The position numbers and the translations under genes are program-made. 32,000 bases of DNA, from NCBI GenBank assembly GCA_020160975.1, contig JAIUPJ010000001.1, forward strand, positions 180,001 through 212,000, given 5' to 3'. Under the pieces are notes generated by a model. That model worked only from the letters and a program-made list of their open reading frames with translations, had not been told where the DNA came from and searched no databases. Of the stretch, positions 9,664 to 17,960 are shown piece after piece (the first letter of the stretch is position 1; the number at the start of each line of letters is the position of its first letter). Origin of the DNA: Candidatus Saccharimonadota bacterium. Lineage in GTDB: Bacteria; Patescibacteriota; Saccharimonadia; Saccharimonadales; Saccharimonadaceae.

Positions 9664-10062
9664 ATGATTAGATCGATTCTCATCATCGAAGATGACCGCT
9701 TCATCGGTGAAATGTATGTTCGCACCCTCAAGCACCAAGGCTACGATGTTGACTGGATGGTTGGAGGCAACGATGGGCTCATTGCGGCGATCAACAGGCC
9801 ATATGATCTGATACTTCTCGACATTATGCTGCCCGAAAAGAAAGGTACCGAAATACTCCGAACCCTACGTGGCGGCGACAAGGATCTCGTGCCCAATAGC
9901 AAGATTATTGTCTTAACAAATTTTGACCAAGACGAAGAGTCGCGCACGATGATAGAACACAACGTCGACGCCTATCTTATCAAAGCCGAAATTACTCCGC
10001 GAAAATTACTTGAAATTATTCACAATATGGACAACGATGCCCTCACGCAAATCACCCCGTAA
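9664..10062 (+). CDS. stand-alone receiver-domain response regulator (CheY-like, no output domain)
   Basis: ILIIEDD, DLILLDIMLP and IVLTN..LIKA receiver motifs. Only 132 aa counted from the ATG at 9664. Confidence 0.85.
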   Translation: MIRSILIIEDDRFIGEMYVRTLKHQGYDVDWMVGGNDGLIAAINRPYDLILLDIMLPEKKGTEILRTLRGGDKDLVPNSKIIVLTNFDQDEESRTMIEHNVDAYLIKAEITPRKLLEIIHNMDNDALTQITP

Positions 10063-10480
10063 ACTGATTTGGATCGGAACGAGTATATTACTGCTACTCA
10101 GTATTGGAGGATTTTTCTTCACGCGGCCCAATTTGATTGCACGCTACACGAGTAGGCCTGCGGTACTCGTAACCGCACGCGGAGGAATGTGCGCAAATGG
10201 CCCATGTGAACACCCTCAATTAACTCTTTACGAAAACGGCAGCTACGAAGGGCATTCAGCACTTTCAGCCGACGATGTACGGAGAATCACTATCGACCTT
10301 GTCACACTCTCAAACACGCAGACCGCAGTCAACAGCCAAGCTCAAGGTGACTGCGCCTCATATGCCGACGGAACTGATGTAGTATGGAAGCTTGCCGGTA
10401 CTGACCGCGAAATCATCCCTTGCACCTATACCGACCCGGCCAGCATTCAAATCATTAACCGCCTCCAAGACCTTCTCTAG
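10037..10480 (+). CDS. hypothetical membrane-anchored/secreted Cys-containing protein
   Basis: ATG at 10037 overlaps the end of the regulator gene. N-terminal TM segment LIWIGTSILLLLSIGGFFF. Confidence 0.55.
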   Translation: MPSRKSPRKLIWIGTSILLLLSIGGFFFTRPNLIARYTSRPAVLVTARGGMCANGPCEHPQLTLYENGSYEGHSALSADDVRRITIDLVTLSNTQTAVNSQAQGDCASYADGTDVVWKLAGTDREIIPCTYTDPASIQIINRLQDLL

Positions 10481-10628
10481 TGTATATGGACATTTCGGTG
10501 GTATTTTGCTACACTATCAGACGTTGCTTGGTCATATCACCTGAGCGAGAATGGTAAAACCCCGTTTGCGGGCGCGAGTGCTCTGTCGGTCGCGGAATTA
10601 AACCAAATCGGTTACAATTTATCCAAAT

Positions 10629-10703
10629 GGTCTCATCGTCTAACGGTTAGGACACCAGGTTCTCATCCTGGCAATCCGGGTTCGATTCCCGGTGAGATCA
10701 CCA
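10629..10703 (+). tRNA. tRNA-Glu(CUC)
   Basis: 75 nt. Acceptor stem GGTCTCA/TGAGATC. D arm TCGTCTAACGGTTAGGAC. Anticodon stem CCAGG/CCTGG with loop TTCTCAT. T arm CCGGGTTCGATTCCCGG. CCA is encoded. Confidence 0.92.
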
Positions 10704-10861
10704 AATTTGAATAACAGATAGAGAGTTGCTTGAAAAAGTAAGTCTCTATTTTTATCCATCTGTTAAATAGTTCGATCACCAAAACCTATCGTATTTACAA
10801 ACTATATAAAGTATATTATTATAATGGTTAGCTTCTATCCAGCTACAAGAAAGATGGTGAC

Positions 10862-11221
10862 ATGGAGCTTTATCAACACATGGTCGACCGCTTTGTCGGT
10901 GGCCAGCTGGAAGTACAGAACCGGAACGAGGGCTACCTCTATCGAGGTGAGATCGCGTCGCTGGAGGTCACGGGTGACCACTCAGCTGCTCGTCTCACGG
11001 TCAGGTTCAACTGGTTCGCCGAGATGCACGAGGACGGCGAGTGGCACGGGTCGGAACCCGACCCCTACACGGTCAGCCTGCTGATCTACTCGGTGTCCGA
11101 CATCGGTGACGGTCGCATCTGCCTCAGCTCGTACATCACGGGCGAGACCACGGTGCTGTTCCCGCTTGACGGGAGCAAGCTCGATCCGGCCAAGGTTCGC
11201 AACCTGGTCACCCAGGCCTGA
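10862..11221 (+). CDS. GC-rich orphan hypothetical protein (119 aa)
   Basis: ATG ORF with G/C-rich third codon positions, AT-rich promoter DNA upstream and a hairpin plus T-rich tract downstream. Confidence 0.6.
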   Translation: MELYQHMVDRFVGGQLEVQNRNEGYLYRGEIASLEVTGDHSAARLTVRFNWFAEMHEDGEWHGSEPDPYTVSLLIYSVSDIGDGRICLSSYITGETTVLFPLDGSKLDPAKVRNLVTQA

Positions 11222-11260
11222 ACCACATCCAACACCCTCAAGAGAGGAGAGCTCAAGTAG

Positions 11261-11294
11261 GAGCCCCTCGAATGAGGGTGCTTCTATTTTGTTT
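11261..11294 (+). terminator. probable rho-independent terminator
   Basis: CCCTC-GAAT-GAGGG core with flanking pairs, followed by TTCTATTTTGTTT. Confidence 0.4.
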
Positions 11295-11426
11295 CTATAA
11301 GCTATCTGATAACTTGTGTTCCATTCCTAAAGCGGATGTCCTATGCTAGAGATAATCCCTTCATAAGAGAAGCGAGTCTTGTGAATTCCATAAGGATGTG
11401 GTTCCAATTCGATTCAATAAAGGTCA

Positions 11427-11469
11427 CCAAAGTAAATACCCCTCTTTTATGGAGGGGTATTTACTTTGG
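11427..11469. other. perfect 18-bp hairpin (CCAAAGTAAATACCCCTC / GAGGGGTATTTACTTTGG, 7-nt loop)
   Basis: Read directly from the sequence. On the minus strand it is followed by TTTATT, so it may terminate a minus-strand transcript. Confidence 0.7.
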
Positions 11470-11673
11470 TAAGCCCTCTTCCAGAGCTAGATCCCGCAGG
11501 GTTCGTGAAGCGAAGTGCAGCAAGATGAGCCTGCTCATCTTGCAAGCAAGCGGAAATAGGGAGTGGAACGACCGCCTTCCCGGTCGGAGTACTCGCAGAC
11601 TCTTGGCCTTTGCGACACAGCAAAGCAACAGTGTATTATGCCTTAAACATTACCAGCAATAAGAGGTCAAGTT

Positions 11674-11682
11674 TGGTATAAT
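11674..11682 (+). promoter_or_regulatory. extended -10 TGgTATAAT, 8 nt before the ATG
   Basis: Exact TGnTATAAT match; no SD before the ATG at 11691. Confidence 0.55.
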
Positions 11683-11690
11683 GCGAAACA

Positions 11691-12137
11691 ATGAACATAC
11701 ACTTTATATGCCGTGGCAACGTGCTTCGCAGTATCATAGCAGAATCATACTTGAAATCACTTGAACTAAAAAATATACATGCTATATCTAGTGGAACCAA
11801 CGTAAACTGGGGCGATCAGCAGGAGAAAGAATATTTTAACAATACGCTAGCCGTATTGCAGAGGCACGGCATTAAACAATTTGCAAAAGATGTACCCACT
11901 CAGTTAACCCAGCAGCGCATTGACGCTCATCACGACATTGTTGTGTTTATGAACCAACGCGTTATCGTTGAGGCATCTACCATAGTTACACTGCCTGACA
12001 CTATACAAAAATGGAATATTGTTGACATAGGCGAAGAGCATAGAACCGACACAGATAATCGTGAATCCTATGAAGAAGAAATTTACCAGGAGATTACACA
12101 GAAAGTTGATGAGCTGGTGAAAAAATTTGTGCGTTAG
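11691..12137 (+). CDS. low-molecular-weight protein-tyrosine/arsenate-reductase-type phosphatase
   Basis: N-terminal P-loop IHFICRGNVLRS (CX5R-S) and a size of 148 aa. The gene is visibly AT-richer than its neighbours. Confidence 0.75.
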   Translation: MNIHFICRGNVLRSIIAESYLKSLELKNIHAISSGTNVNWGDQQEKEYFNNTLAVLQRHGIKQFAKDVPTQLTQQRIDAHHDIVVFMNQRVIVEASTIVTLPDTIQKWNIVDIGEEHRTDTDNRESYEEEIYQEITQKVDELVKKFVR

Positions 12138-12161
12138 TTTACGGTCAATAAAACCACCTTC

Positions 12162-12199
12162 ATTAAACAACACATCAGCCTGCTGAGGTGTTGTTTAAT
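12162..12199. terminator. bidirectional terminator hairpin between convergent genes
   Basis: 17-bp stem with one mismatch (ATTAAACAACACATCAG / CTGAGGTGTTGTTTAAT) and loop CCTG. Confidence 0.65.
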
Positions 12200-12211
12200 A
12201 CTTTCGTATCC

Positions 12212-13627
12212 TTACGATCCTTCGATCAAATTCACCAATCGTGCTTCGGCAATCTTAGAAGATGGCATTTTCTTGCGGCGATTTGGCTGCGGATGCATTG
12301 GCATCGACAGACTAGGCTTCTTGCGAAACTCTGCACGCGGTGGGCGAGCCTCATCACGATTCTCACGTGGTGGACGAGGGCCTCGAGGCGAGTCACCCCG
12401 TGAGCCACCCTGGACAAAAGTGAGCGCTTTGCCAGTATTGCCCGCACGGCCCGTTCGGCCAATACGGTGAACATAGTCTTCGTAGACTTTCGGCTGATCA
12501 AAGTTGATAACATGACTGACATTTGGAATGTCGAGTCCACGCGCCGCCACATCAGTCGCCACCATGATATTCACAGCATTTGTCTTAAATGCCTTGAGTG
12601 CTCGCTCGCGCTGGCTCTGGCTTTTGTTGCCATGGATAGCAACCGCAGGCAGACCATCTTTGCTCAGGCGGTCAGCCAATCGTTGTGCACCAAACTTCGT
12701 GTCACAGAAGACGATGGTCTTTTCGAGCTCGTCTTTGTGCAATAGAGCGGTCAGCTTCTCGATTTTGTCTTCTTTGTCATAGGCCTCGACGATATCTTGG
12801 TCGATATGGTCGCTCGTCTCGCCACGGCGAACCGATACAATGACAGGGTCGTTCATAAATTCATCCATGATGACTTTCACTTCTGGTGTCATCGTGGCGC
12901 TAAAGCACATTGTCTGGCGATTCGTCGGCAACAATGTCGCTACGTGACGAATGTCGTGCACAAATCCCATATCGAGCATACGGTCAGCCTCGTCGAGCAC
13001 AAAAGTATCGACTTCACCGAGAACCGCGATGCGTCGCTCCAAAAGGTCCTTGAGTCGACCTGGCGTCGCGATGATGACATGAGGATTGCGCTGCAAATCA
13101 CGTATCTGGCGACCGATATTTGCACCACCCACACAGACAGCAGAGAATAGCTTTTGCCCAGCGGCAAATCGCTTGAACTCAGCGTCGATCTGCTGCGCCA
13201 ACTCACGAGTAGGCGAGAGAATCAGCACCAAATTTCGTGTCGGCGTCTTGAGTAGCTTCTCGATGATAGGCAGCAAGAATGCAGCCGTCTTGCCAGTACC
13301 CGTGTTTGCCAGGCCGATAACGTCGCGGCCTTCTAGCGCTGGAGTGATAGCCTGATCCTGGATAGCACTCGGTGTGGTAAATCCGAGGAATTCGAGCGTC
13401 GCTTTCGTCTTGTCGCTCAGTGCGAAGTCGTTAAACGTATGAGTCGGCACATACGCCTCCTCGACACGCTCGACGGCGCGGTTGACAAACTTGTGCGGAG
13501 CAATGAGCTTTGGCTGCTTCGGCCCACGGTTACTCCGTCCGCGACCCGGCGAAAAATGCGCTGAGCGAGGGCGGTCACTAGGAGAGAAGCGGCGTCGGCC
13601 ACCATTAAATTGGCGTGTTTGTTGCAT
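12212..13627 (-). CDS. DEAD-box ATP-dependent RNA helicase with a basic RG/P-rich C-terminal tail
   Basis: Q-motif region, ANTGTGKTAAF, VLDEADRMLDMGF, SAT and HRIGRTGRAG. Confidence 0.93.
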   Translation of the reverse strand: MQQTRQFNGGRRRFSPSDRPRSAHFSPGRGRSNRGPKQPKLIAPHKFVNRAVERVEEAYVPTHTFNDFALSDKTKATLEFLGFTTPSAIQDQAITPALEGRDVIGLANTGTGKTAAFLLPIIEKLLKTPTRNLVLILSPTRELAQQIDAEFKRFAAGQKLFSAVCVGGANIGRQIRDLQRNPHVIIATPGRLKDLLERRIAVLGEVDTFVLDEADRMLDMGFVHDIRHVATLLPTNRQTMCFSATMTPEVKVIMDEFMNDPVIVSVRRGETSDHIDQDIVEAYDKEDKIEKLTALLHKDELEKTIVFCDTKFGAQRLADRLSKDGLPAVAIHGNKSQSQRERALKAFKTNAVNIMVATDVAARGLDIPNVSHVINFDQPKVYEDYVHRIGRTGRAGNTGKALTFVQGGSRGDSPRGPRPPRENRDEARPPRAEFRKKPSLSMPMHPQPNRRKKMPSSKIAEARLVNLIEGS

Positions 13628-13740
13628 AAAAAAATAATCCTTCCATGCTGTTAGTTAGACGATGAACAGCGAGAAAGAATTATTGGTGTTTCAAGTAATT
13701 ACGAATCGAGTATTCATCCAGTGGATGTTCCACTCTTTTT

Positions 13741-13749
13741 AGTATAGCA
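13741..13749 (-). promoter_or_regulatory. extended -10 TGcTATACT for the helicase; implies a ~105-nt 5' UTR
   Basis: The minus-strand sequence reads TGCTATACT. An SD (GGAAGGA) lies 10 nt before the ATG at 13627. Confidence 0.45.
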
Positions 13750-13779
13750 AATCATGAGCAAAATGTCAAGCAATAGGGG

Positions 13780-14616
13780 TTATCGAAGCTGCTTTAACCG
13801 TGCGACCCGAGCTTCGGTCGACGGGTGCGTGCTAAAGAGACTGGCTAGGCCCTGGGCAGAAAACATGTTCGCAAACATGAGCGGTGAAAGCGCTTGCTCG
13901 TTTGGCGTCGGCTGGATCGGCGGTACTTGCTGTTTCCAGCTATCGAGCTTCATGAGCGCACCTGCCAACGCGTCGCCGTCGTGCAGCAATTCCGCACTGT
14001 GTTGGTCGGCCAAGAATTCACGACTACGGCTAATTGCCATTTGGATTATCATGGCCGCAAAAGGGGCAAGAAGTGCAGCAGCGATCGCGGCGATAGGATT
14101 GCCGCCATTTTCTCGGTCACCGCCACCAAACATAAAGGCAAACTGTGCGATATAACTTATCGCCCCTGCCAAGCACGCAGCGATCGTCGAGACCAACATA
14201 TCGCGATTTTTAACGTGGCCAAGTTCGTGTGCAAGCACCGCCCTTAACTCACGCTCGTCCAAGATTTCCATGATACCACTCGTCACCGCCACAGCAGCAT
14301 GCCGTGGAGAGCGGCCAGTTGCAAAGGCATTTGGGATAGGGGTATCAACGTAGTAGAGTGCTGGCATGGGCATATTTTCCCGCTGCGCAAGGTCGGTGAC
14401 GATGCGCTTCACCTCTGGGTATTGGTCGTTGAGTGGCTGCGCACCTTGCATCTTAAGTACCAGCGAATCACTAAACCAATACATACCGATATTTGTCAGC
14501 GAGGCAAACCCTAGCGCCATCAACATGCCACTTTGCCCACCTAATAAATAACCGACGAACATGAAGAGCCCGGTCAATCCTCCCATAAGGAGTGTGGTTT
14601 TCAAAATCTGAGTCAT
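13780..14616 (-). CDS. htpX: HtpX-type M48 zinc metalloprotease
   Basis: Four TM segments and the HELGHVKNRD zinc motif. gcTATAAT lies 6 nt upstream of the ATG. Confidence 0.9.
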   Translation of the reverse strand: MTQILKTTLLMGGLTGLFMFVGYLLGGQSGMLMALGFASLTNIGMYWFSDSLVLKMQGAQPLNDQYPEVKRIVTDLAQRENMPMPALYYVDTPIPNAFATGRSPRHAAVAVTSGIMEILDERELRAVLAHELGHVKNRDMLVSTIAACLAGAISYIAQFAFMFGGGDRENGGNPIAAIAAALLAPFAAMIIQMAISRSREFLADQHSAELLHDGDALAGALMKLDSWKQQVPPIQPTPNEQALSPLMFANMFSAQGLASLFSTHPSTEARVARLKQLR

Positions 14617-14809
14617 ATTGTAATTATAGCGAAAAATAGTGAGCTTCCTGAGATTTATATCACACTTTTATTCCATTACATATTCTCAAGCCCCGCCGAT
14701 TCTATTCTTCTGCCTCATATAGAAATGTGAAAGCTGCAGTCGCATTACAGTGTAAACGGTGATGATTTGAAAATTCACAGTTTGGAATATTGCACTTTTT
14801 CGAGTTGTA

Positions 14810-14818
14810 TGATATAAT
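14810..14818 (+). promoter_or_regulatory. extended -10 TGaTATAAT
   Basis: Exact match inside an AT-rich spacer, 37 nt upstream of the ATG at 14856. Confidence 0.5.
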
Positions 14819-14855
14819 AAAGAGACAATCCCGCCTACGAAAGGTCGTCCTTCTC

Positions 14856-15254
14856 ATGAATGTCCAACGCATCAACGAAATCCTGGTGAAATGCCTCGGC
14901 AACCCGAGCGACCACGACTCCCATACGATTGATGTATGGGTTTCGGTCTGTCTCAACATCAAGGCGGTCAGCGAACACCAGGACGAGATGGTTGATCTCC
15001 TCAAGGAGTGGCCTGACGAGTCGTGGGGCCAGCCTGTCCCGGCTCTCGGCGAGGAATTAAGCTACATCACCGTTGGCGCAGTGCTCGATAGCCAGGAGAT
15101 GGCTTTCGTGCTTTTCGCCGTCGGCCTCATGCTGGGGTGGTGGCGGCTACTGACACCGGAGGCGGTTTTGGGACTCGACAAAGCCAACCCTTACGCCAAC
15201 CAGCTCGTAGGCCTCGGCTTCGTCGCGGTCACTGGCTACGCGCCGGGCGACTGA
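14856..15254 (+). CDS. GC-rich orphan hypothetical protein (132 aa, hydrophobic C-terminal half)
   Basis: Internal ATG of ORF 14790-15254, at the point where the GC-rich sequence begins. A perfect hairpin terminator follows. Confidence 0.6.
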   Translation: MNVQRINEILVKCLGNPSDHDSHTIDVWVSVCLNIKAVSEHQDEMVDLLKEWPDESWGQPVPALGEELSYITVGAVLDSQEMAFVLFAVGLMLGWWRLLTPEAVLGLDKANPYANQLVGLGFVAVTGYAPGD

Positions 15255-15271
15255 CACTCCGTCGCGGGATT

Positions 15272-15298
15272 GAGGCGGCACTTCATAGGTGCCGCCTC
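15272..15298 (+). terminator. rho-independent terminator
   Basis: GAGGCGGCAC / GTGCCGCCTC, a 10-bp perfect stem with a 7-nt loop, followed by TTTCC. Confidence 0.7.
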
Positions 15299-15351
15299 TT
15301 TCCATATACGTGGGTTCAACTCGGCTTTAAAACGCGTATACTAGATACAGT

Positions 15352-16251
15352 ATGACAGCTGCTATCACGACACACGATTTGACAAAACGTTATGGAAAAT
15401 CACGAGGGATTGAAAAACTCAATCTCGAGATTAATGAGGGAGAAATCTTTGGATTTATTGGCCCAAATGGGGCCGGCAAATCGACTACCATCCGCACTTT
15501 GCTTGGGCTCATCAAACCGACCAGTGGCAGTGCTTCGCTCTTCGGCGAAGATATCGCGACCAATGGTCCTCGTTTGCGTCAGCGCATCGGCTATCTGCCG
15601 AGCGAAGTCTTCTACTACGACAATATGAAGGTCAGTGATTTGCTCAGATACAGCGCCAGCTTTTACGACAAGCCAAAAAAAGAGATAGAAAACCGCATGT
15701 ACCAACTCGCCAAGCTTCTCGATCTCGACCTCAACAAAAAAATCGACGATCTAAGCTATGGCAACAAAAAGAAAGTGGGCATTGTCCAAGGCCTCCAGCA
15801 TAGCCCTGATCTGATCATTCTTGACGAGCCAACTGGCGGACTCGATCCGCTGATGCAACAGACATTTTTTGATCTGCTCCGGAGCGAAAACAAGCGTGGC
15901 GCGACCATTCTCTTCAGTAGTCATATTCTCAGCGAAGTTCAAAAACTTTGCGACCGAGTGGCCATCATCAAAGACGGCAAACTTGTCAAAGTTGAGTCGA
16001 TGAAGACGCTACGCGCAAGTAGCTACGCCAAAATCAGGTTGGAACTGGCCGCGCCAGCCGCCAAATCATCCTTCAAGCTCGCTGGAATTAGCAATATGGC
16101 CGCAGCAGGCAAAAATGTGTCATTCCTTTATCGAGGTGATGTCAACGCCATCACCAAGCTTATCGCGAAGCTTCCACTCACAAATGTCTGGATCGAAGAA
16201 CCCGAGCTAGAAGAAATCTTCATGCACTACTACAAAACGGACAACAACTGA
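15352..16251 (+). CDS. ABC transporter ATP-binding protein (ABC-2 exporter type)
   Basis: Walker A GPNGAGKST, signature LSYGNKKK, Walker B LIILDEPTGGLD and H-loop SSHIL. Confidence 0.92.
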   Translation: MTAAITTHDLTKRYGKSRGIEKLNLEINEGEIFGFIGPNGAGKSTTIRTLLGLIKPTSGSASLFGEDIATNGPRLRQRIGYLPSEVFYYDNMKVSDLLRYSASFYDKPKKEIENRMYQLAKLLDLDLNKKIDDLSYGNKKKVGIVQGLQHSPDLIILDEPTGGLDPLMQQTFFDLLRSENKRGATILFSSHILSEVQKLCDRVAIIKDGKLVKVESMKTLRASSYAKIRLELAAPAAKSSFKLAGISNMAAAGKNVSFLYRGDVNAITKLIAKLPLTNVWIEEPELEEIFMHYYKTDNN

Positions 16252-17051
16252 TGCTCGGGGTCTTCCGTCAAGAAATTAAAATGCAACGCGGTTCGTGGTT
16301 GGTGTGGACGCTCGCCGTGCTCTGCCTAGCCGCCGTATACGTATCGGTATATCCAGCCTTTGCAAGCGACGCAAAGGTTGTTACCGAGACATTTGCAAAA
16401 CTCCCACAAGCCGTCAAAAATGCCATGGGCACCGGCGGATTTCAGCTGCTTAACTTTCCTGGATTCTTCGCGAATGTGCTGCCAATTTTTATGCTCGCTG
16501 GGGGCATCCAGGCAGCCAACTTAGGCATTAGTATGACAAATCGCGACCGAATTGCCGGCACCAGCGATTTTTTGCTCAGCAAACCGCTCGGTCGCAGCCG
16601 CATCTTTTGGCAAAAGCTCTTTGCCAATTTAATCTTGCTGATGGCGACTAGTGCCGCCCTGATTGGAGGTATCTATCTCGGCTCTCGACTCATAAATGCC
16701 GACAGTTTCTCGTCCAGCACCTACTTAATGGTAATGGCGGCATTCACGTTTGTGCAGTGCTGGTTCTTGGCGGTTGGCGTCGCCATTGCCCAAATTGCTG
16801 GCCGTATTCGCAACAGTATCGGCGTCAGCATTGCACTGTGCTTTGGACTATTTGTACTCGCGATGTTCAGTTCAGTGGTTGGCGACGAAACAATTCGTTA
16901 TCTGACACCATATAAATACATTGATCTTCTGAAGGTAGTCCAAGAACACACCTACGACATACCACACCTTATTGTGGGAGTGGCGGTCATTATTGTTGGC
17001 ACCGCACTCGGCTGGCTCCTGTACGCCCATCGCGATGTGGAGGCGGCGTAA
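16251..17051 (+). CDS. ABC-2 type transporter permease
   Basis: The ATG overlaps the upstream TGA (TGATG). About six hydrophobic segments. Confidence 0.75.
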   Translation: MLGVFRQEIKMQRGSWLVWTLAVLCLAAVYVSVYPAFASDAKVVTETFAKLPQAVKNAMGTGGFQLLNFPGFFANVLPIFMLAGGIQAANLGISMTNRDRIAGTSDFLLSKPLGRSRIFWQKLFANLILLMATSAALIGGIYLGSRLINADSFSSSTYLMVMAAFTFVQCWFLAVGVAIAQIAGRIRNSIGVSIALCFGLFVLAMFSSVVGDETIRYLTPYKYIDLLKVVQEHTYDIPHLIVGVAVIIVGTALGWLLYAHRDVEAA

Positions 17052-17056
17052 ATCTC

Positions 17057-17851
17057 ATGAATATTTTTTGGCACGAACTGCGCTCACGACGCATCGGGTT
17101 GCTGGCATGGTCAGTGAGTATGGCAGTGTTCGTCTGGACGAGCATGGTCAAATACCAAACTCTTACGGTCGATCCTGCCTCCACTAGTCAGCTACTCAAG
17201 ACAATGCCCGATACCATCAAGGCAGTGTTTGGTATGAATGGACTCGACGCCGTTACGCTGCCAGGCTACTTTGGAATTTGCTTTTTGTTCGTCGCCATCA
17301 TGCTGGCTGTCCATGCCGGTCTTTTGGGCAGCAACCTCTTGACGGTAGAGCCGCTTACGAGAACAACCGAGTTTCTATATACGCGACCCTTGGGTCGATG
17401 GCAAATTCTTCATGCGAAACTCGCTGCGGGAATAGTACACCTATTTATCTTGTGGAGCATCACCATCCTTACTTCATACCTCAGTATCGAGTTGTATGCC
17501 AACATGGATGGATTTCGCCATTTATTGCTTGTCTTCATGGCCGCTGCCGCGATTATTCAACTCACTTTATTTGCCTTTGGTGTTGCGGTGGCGGCTTTCA
17601 GCCGTTCAGCCCAGCTACCAAGTCGGCTAGTGGCAGGGGCGGTATTTAGCAGCTACGCCGTCGCACTCGTGTCGTCAACAACTCAGTACAGTTGGTTGCG
17701 CGATCTTTCAGTATTTAAAGCCTTTGATGCTGCTGACATCATACATACTGCGTCGCTCAAACCGCAGTATGTGTGGGCATATTTTGTGCTTGCGTCAGTC
17801 TTCCTCGCATTTGGCATTTGGAGTTTTCTCCGACGCGATCTTCACTCCTAA
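17057..17851 (+). CDS. ABC-2 type transporter permease (second subunit)
   Basis: Similar size and topology to the preceding permease; starts 5 nt after its stop. Confidence 0.75.
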   Translation: MNIFWHELRSRRIGLLAWSVSMAVFVWTSMVKYQTLTVDPASTSQLLKTMPDTIKAVFGMNGLDAVTLPGYFGICFLFVAIMLAVHAGLLGSNLLTVEPLTRTTEFLYTRPLGRWQILHAKLAAGIVHLFILWSITILTSYLSIELYANMDGFRHLLLVFMAAAAIIQLTLFAFGVAVAAFSRSAQLPSRLVAGAVFSSYAVALVSSTTQYSWLRDLSVFKAFDAADIIHTASLKPQYVWAYFVLASVFLAFGIWSFLRRDLHS

Positions 17852-17960
17852 AAGCATTGCCAGCAGATACCGTGCACCGTATACTAGAGACAAAGCATAA
17901 GCAGTCATAGGGGGCACTATCGCGCAACTACAGCAGATTCATCGTTCGTCGGTACTTCGA

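Noticed and set aside
10500-10628. Possible small RNA upstream of tRNA-Glu (TGCTACACT box at about 10507)
   Set aside because: I could find only weak, short helices. A closer TACAAT box 10 nt before the tRNA explains tRNA transcription. The evidence is insufficient.
11336-11662. 108-aa plus-strand ORF
   Set aside because: It crosses three perfect hairpins, has no start context, and its composition is poor.
10704-12211. Calling the tRNA-adjacent segments mobile elements or genomic islands
   Set aside because: No integrase, transposase or clear direct repeats are present. These are reported only as findings, with weak att-like evidence.
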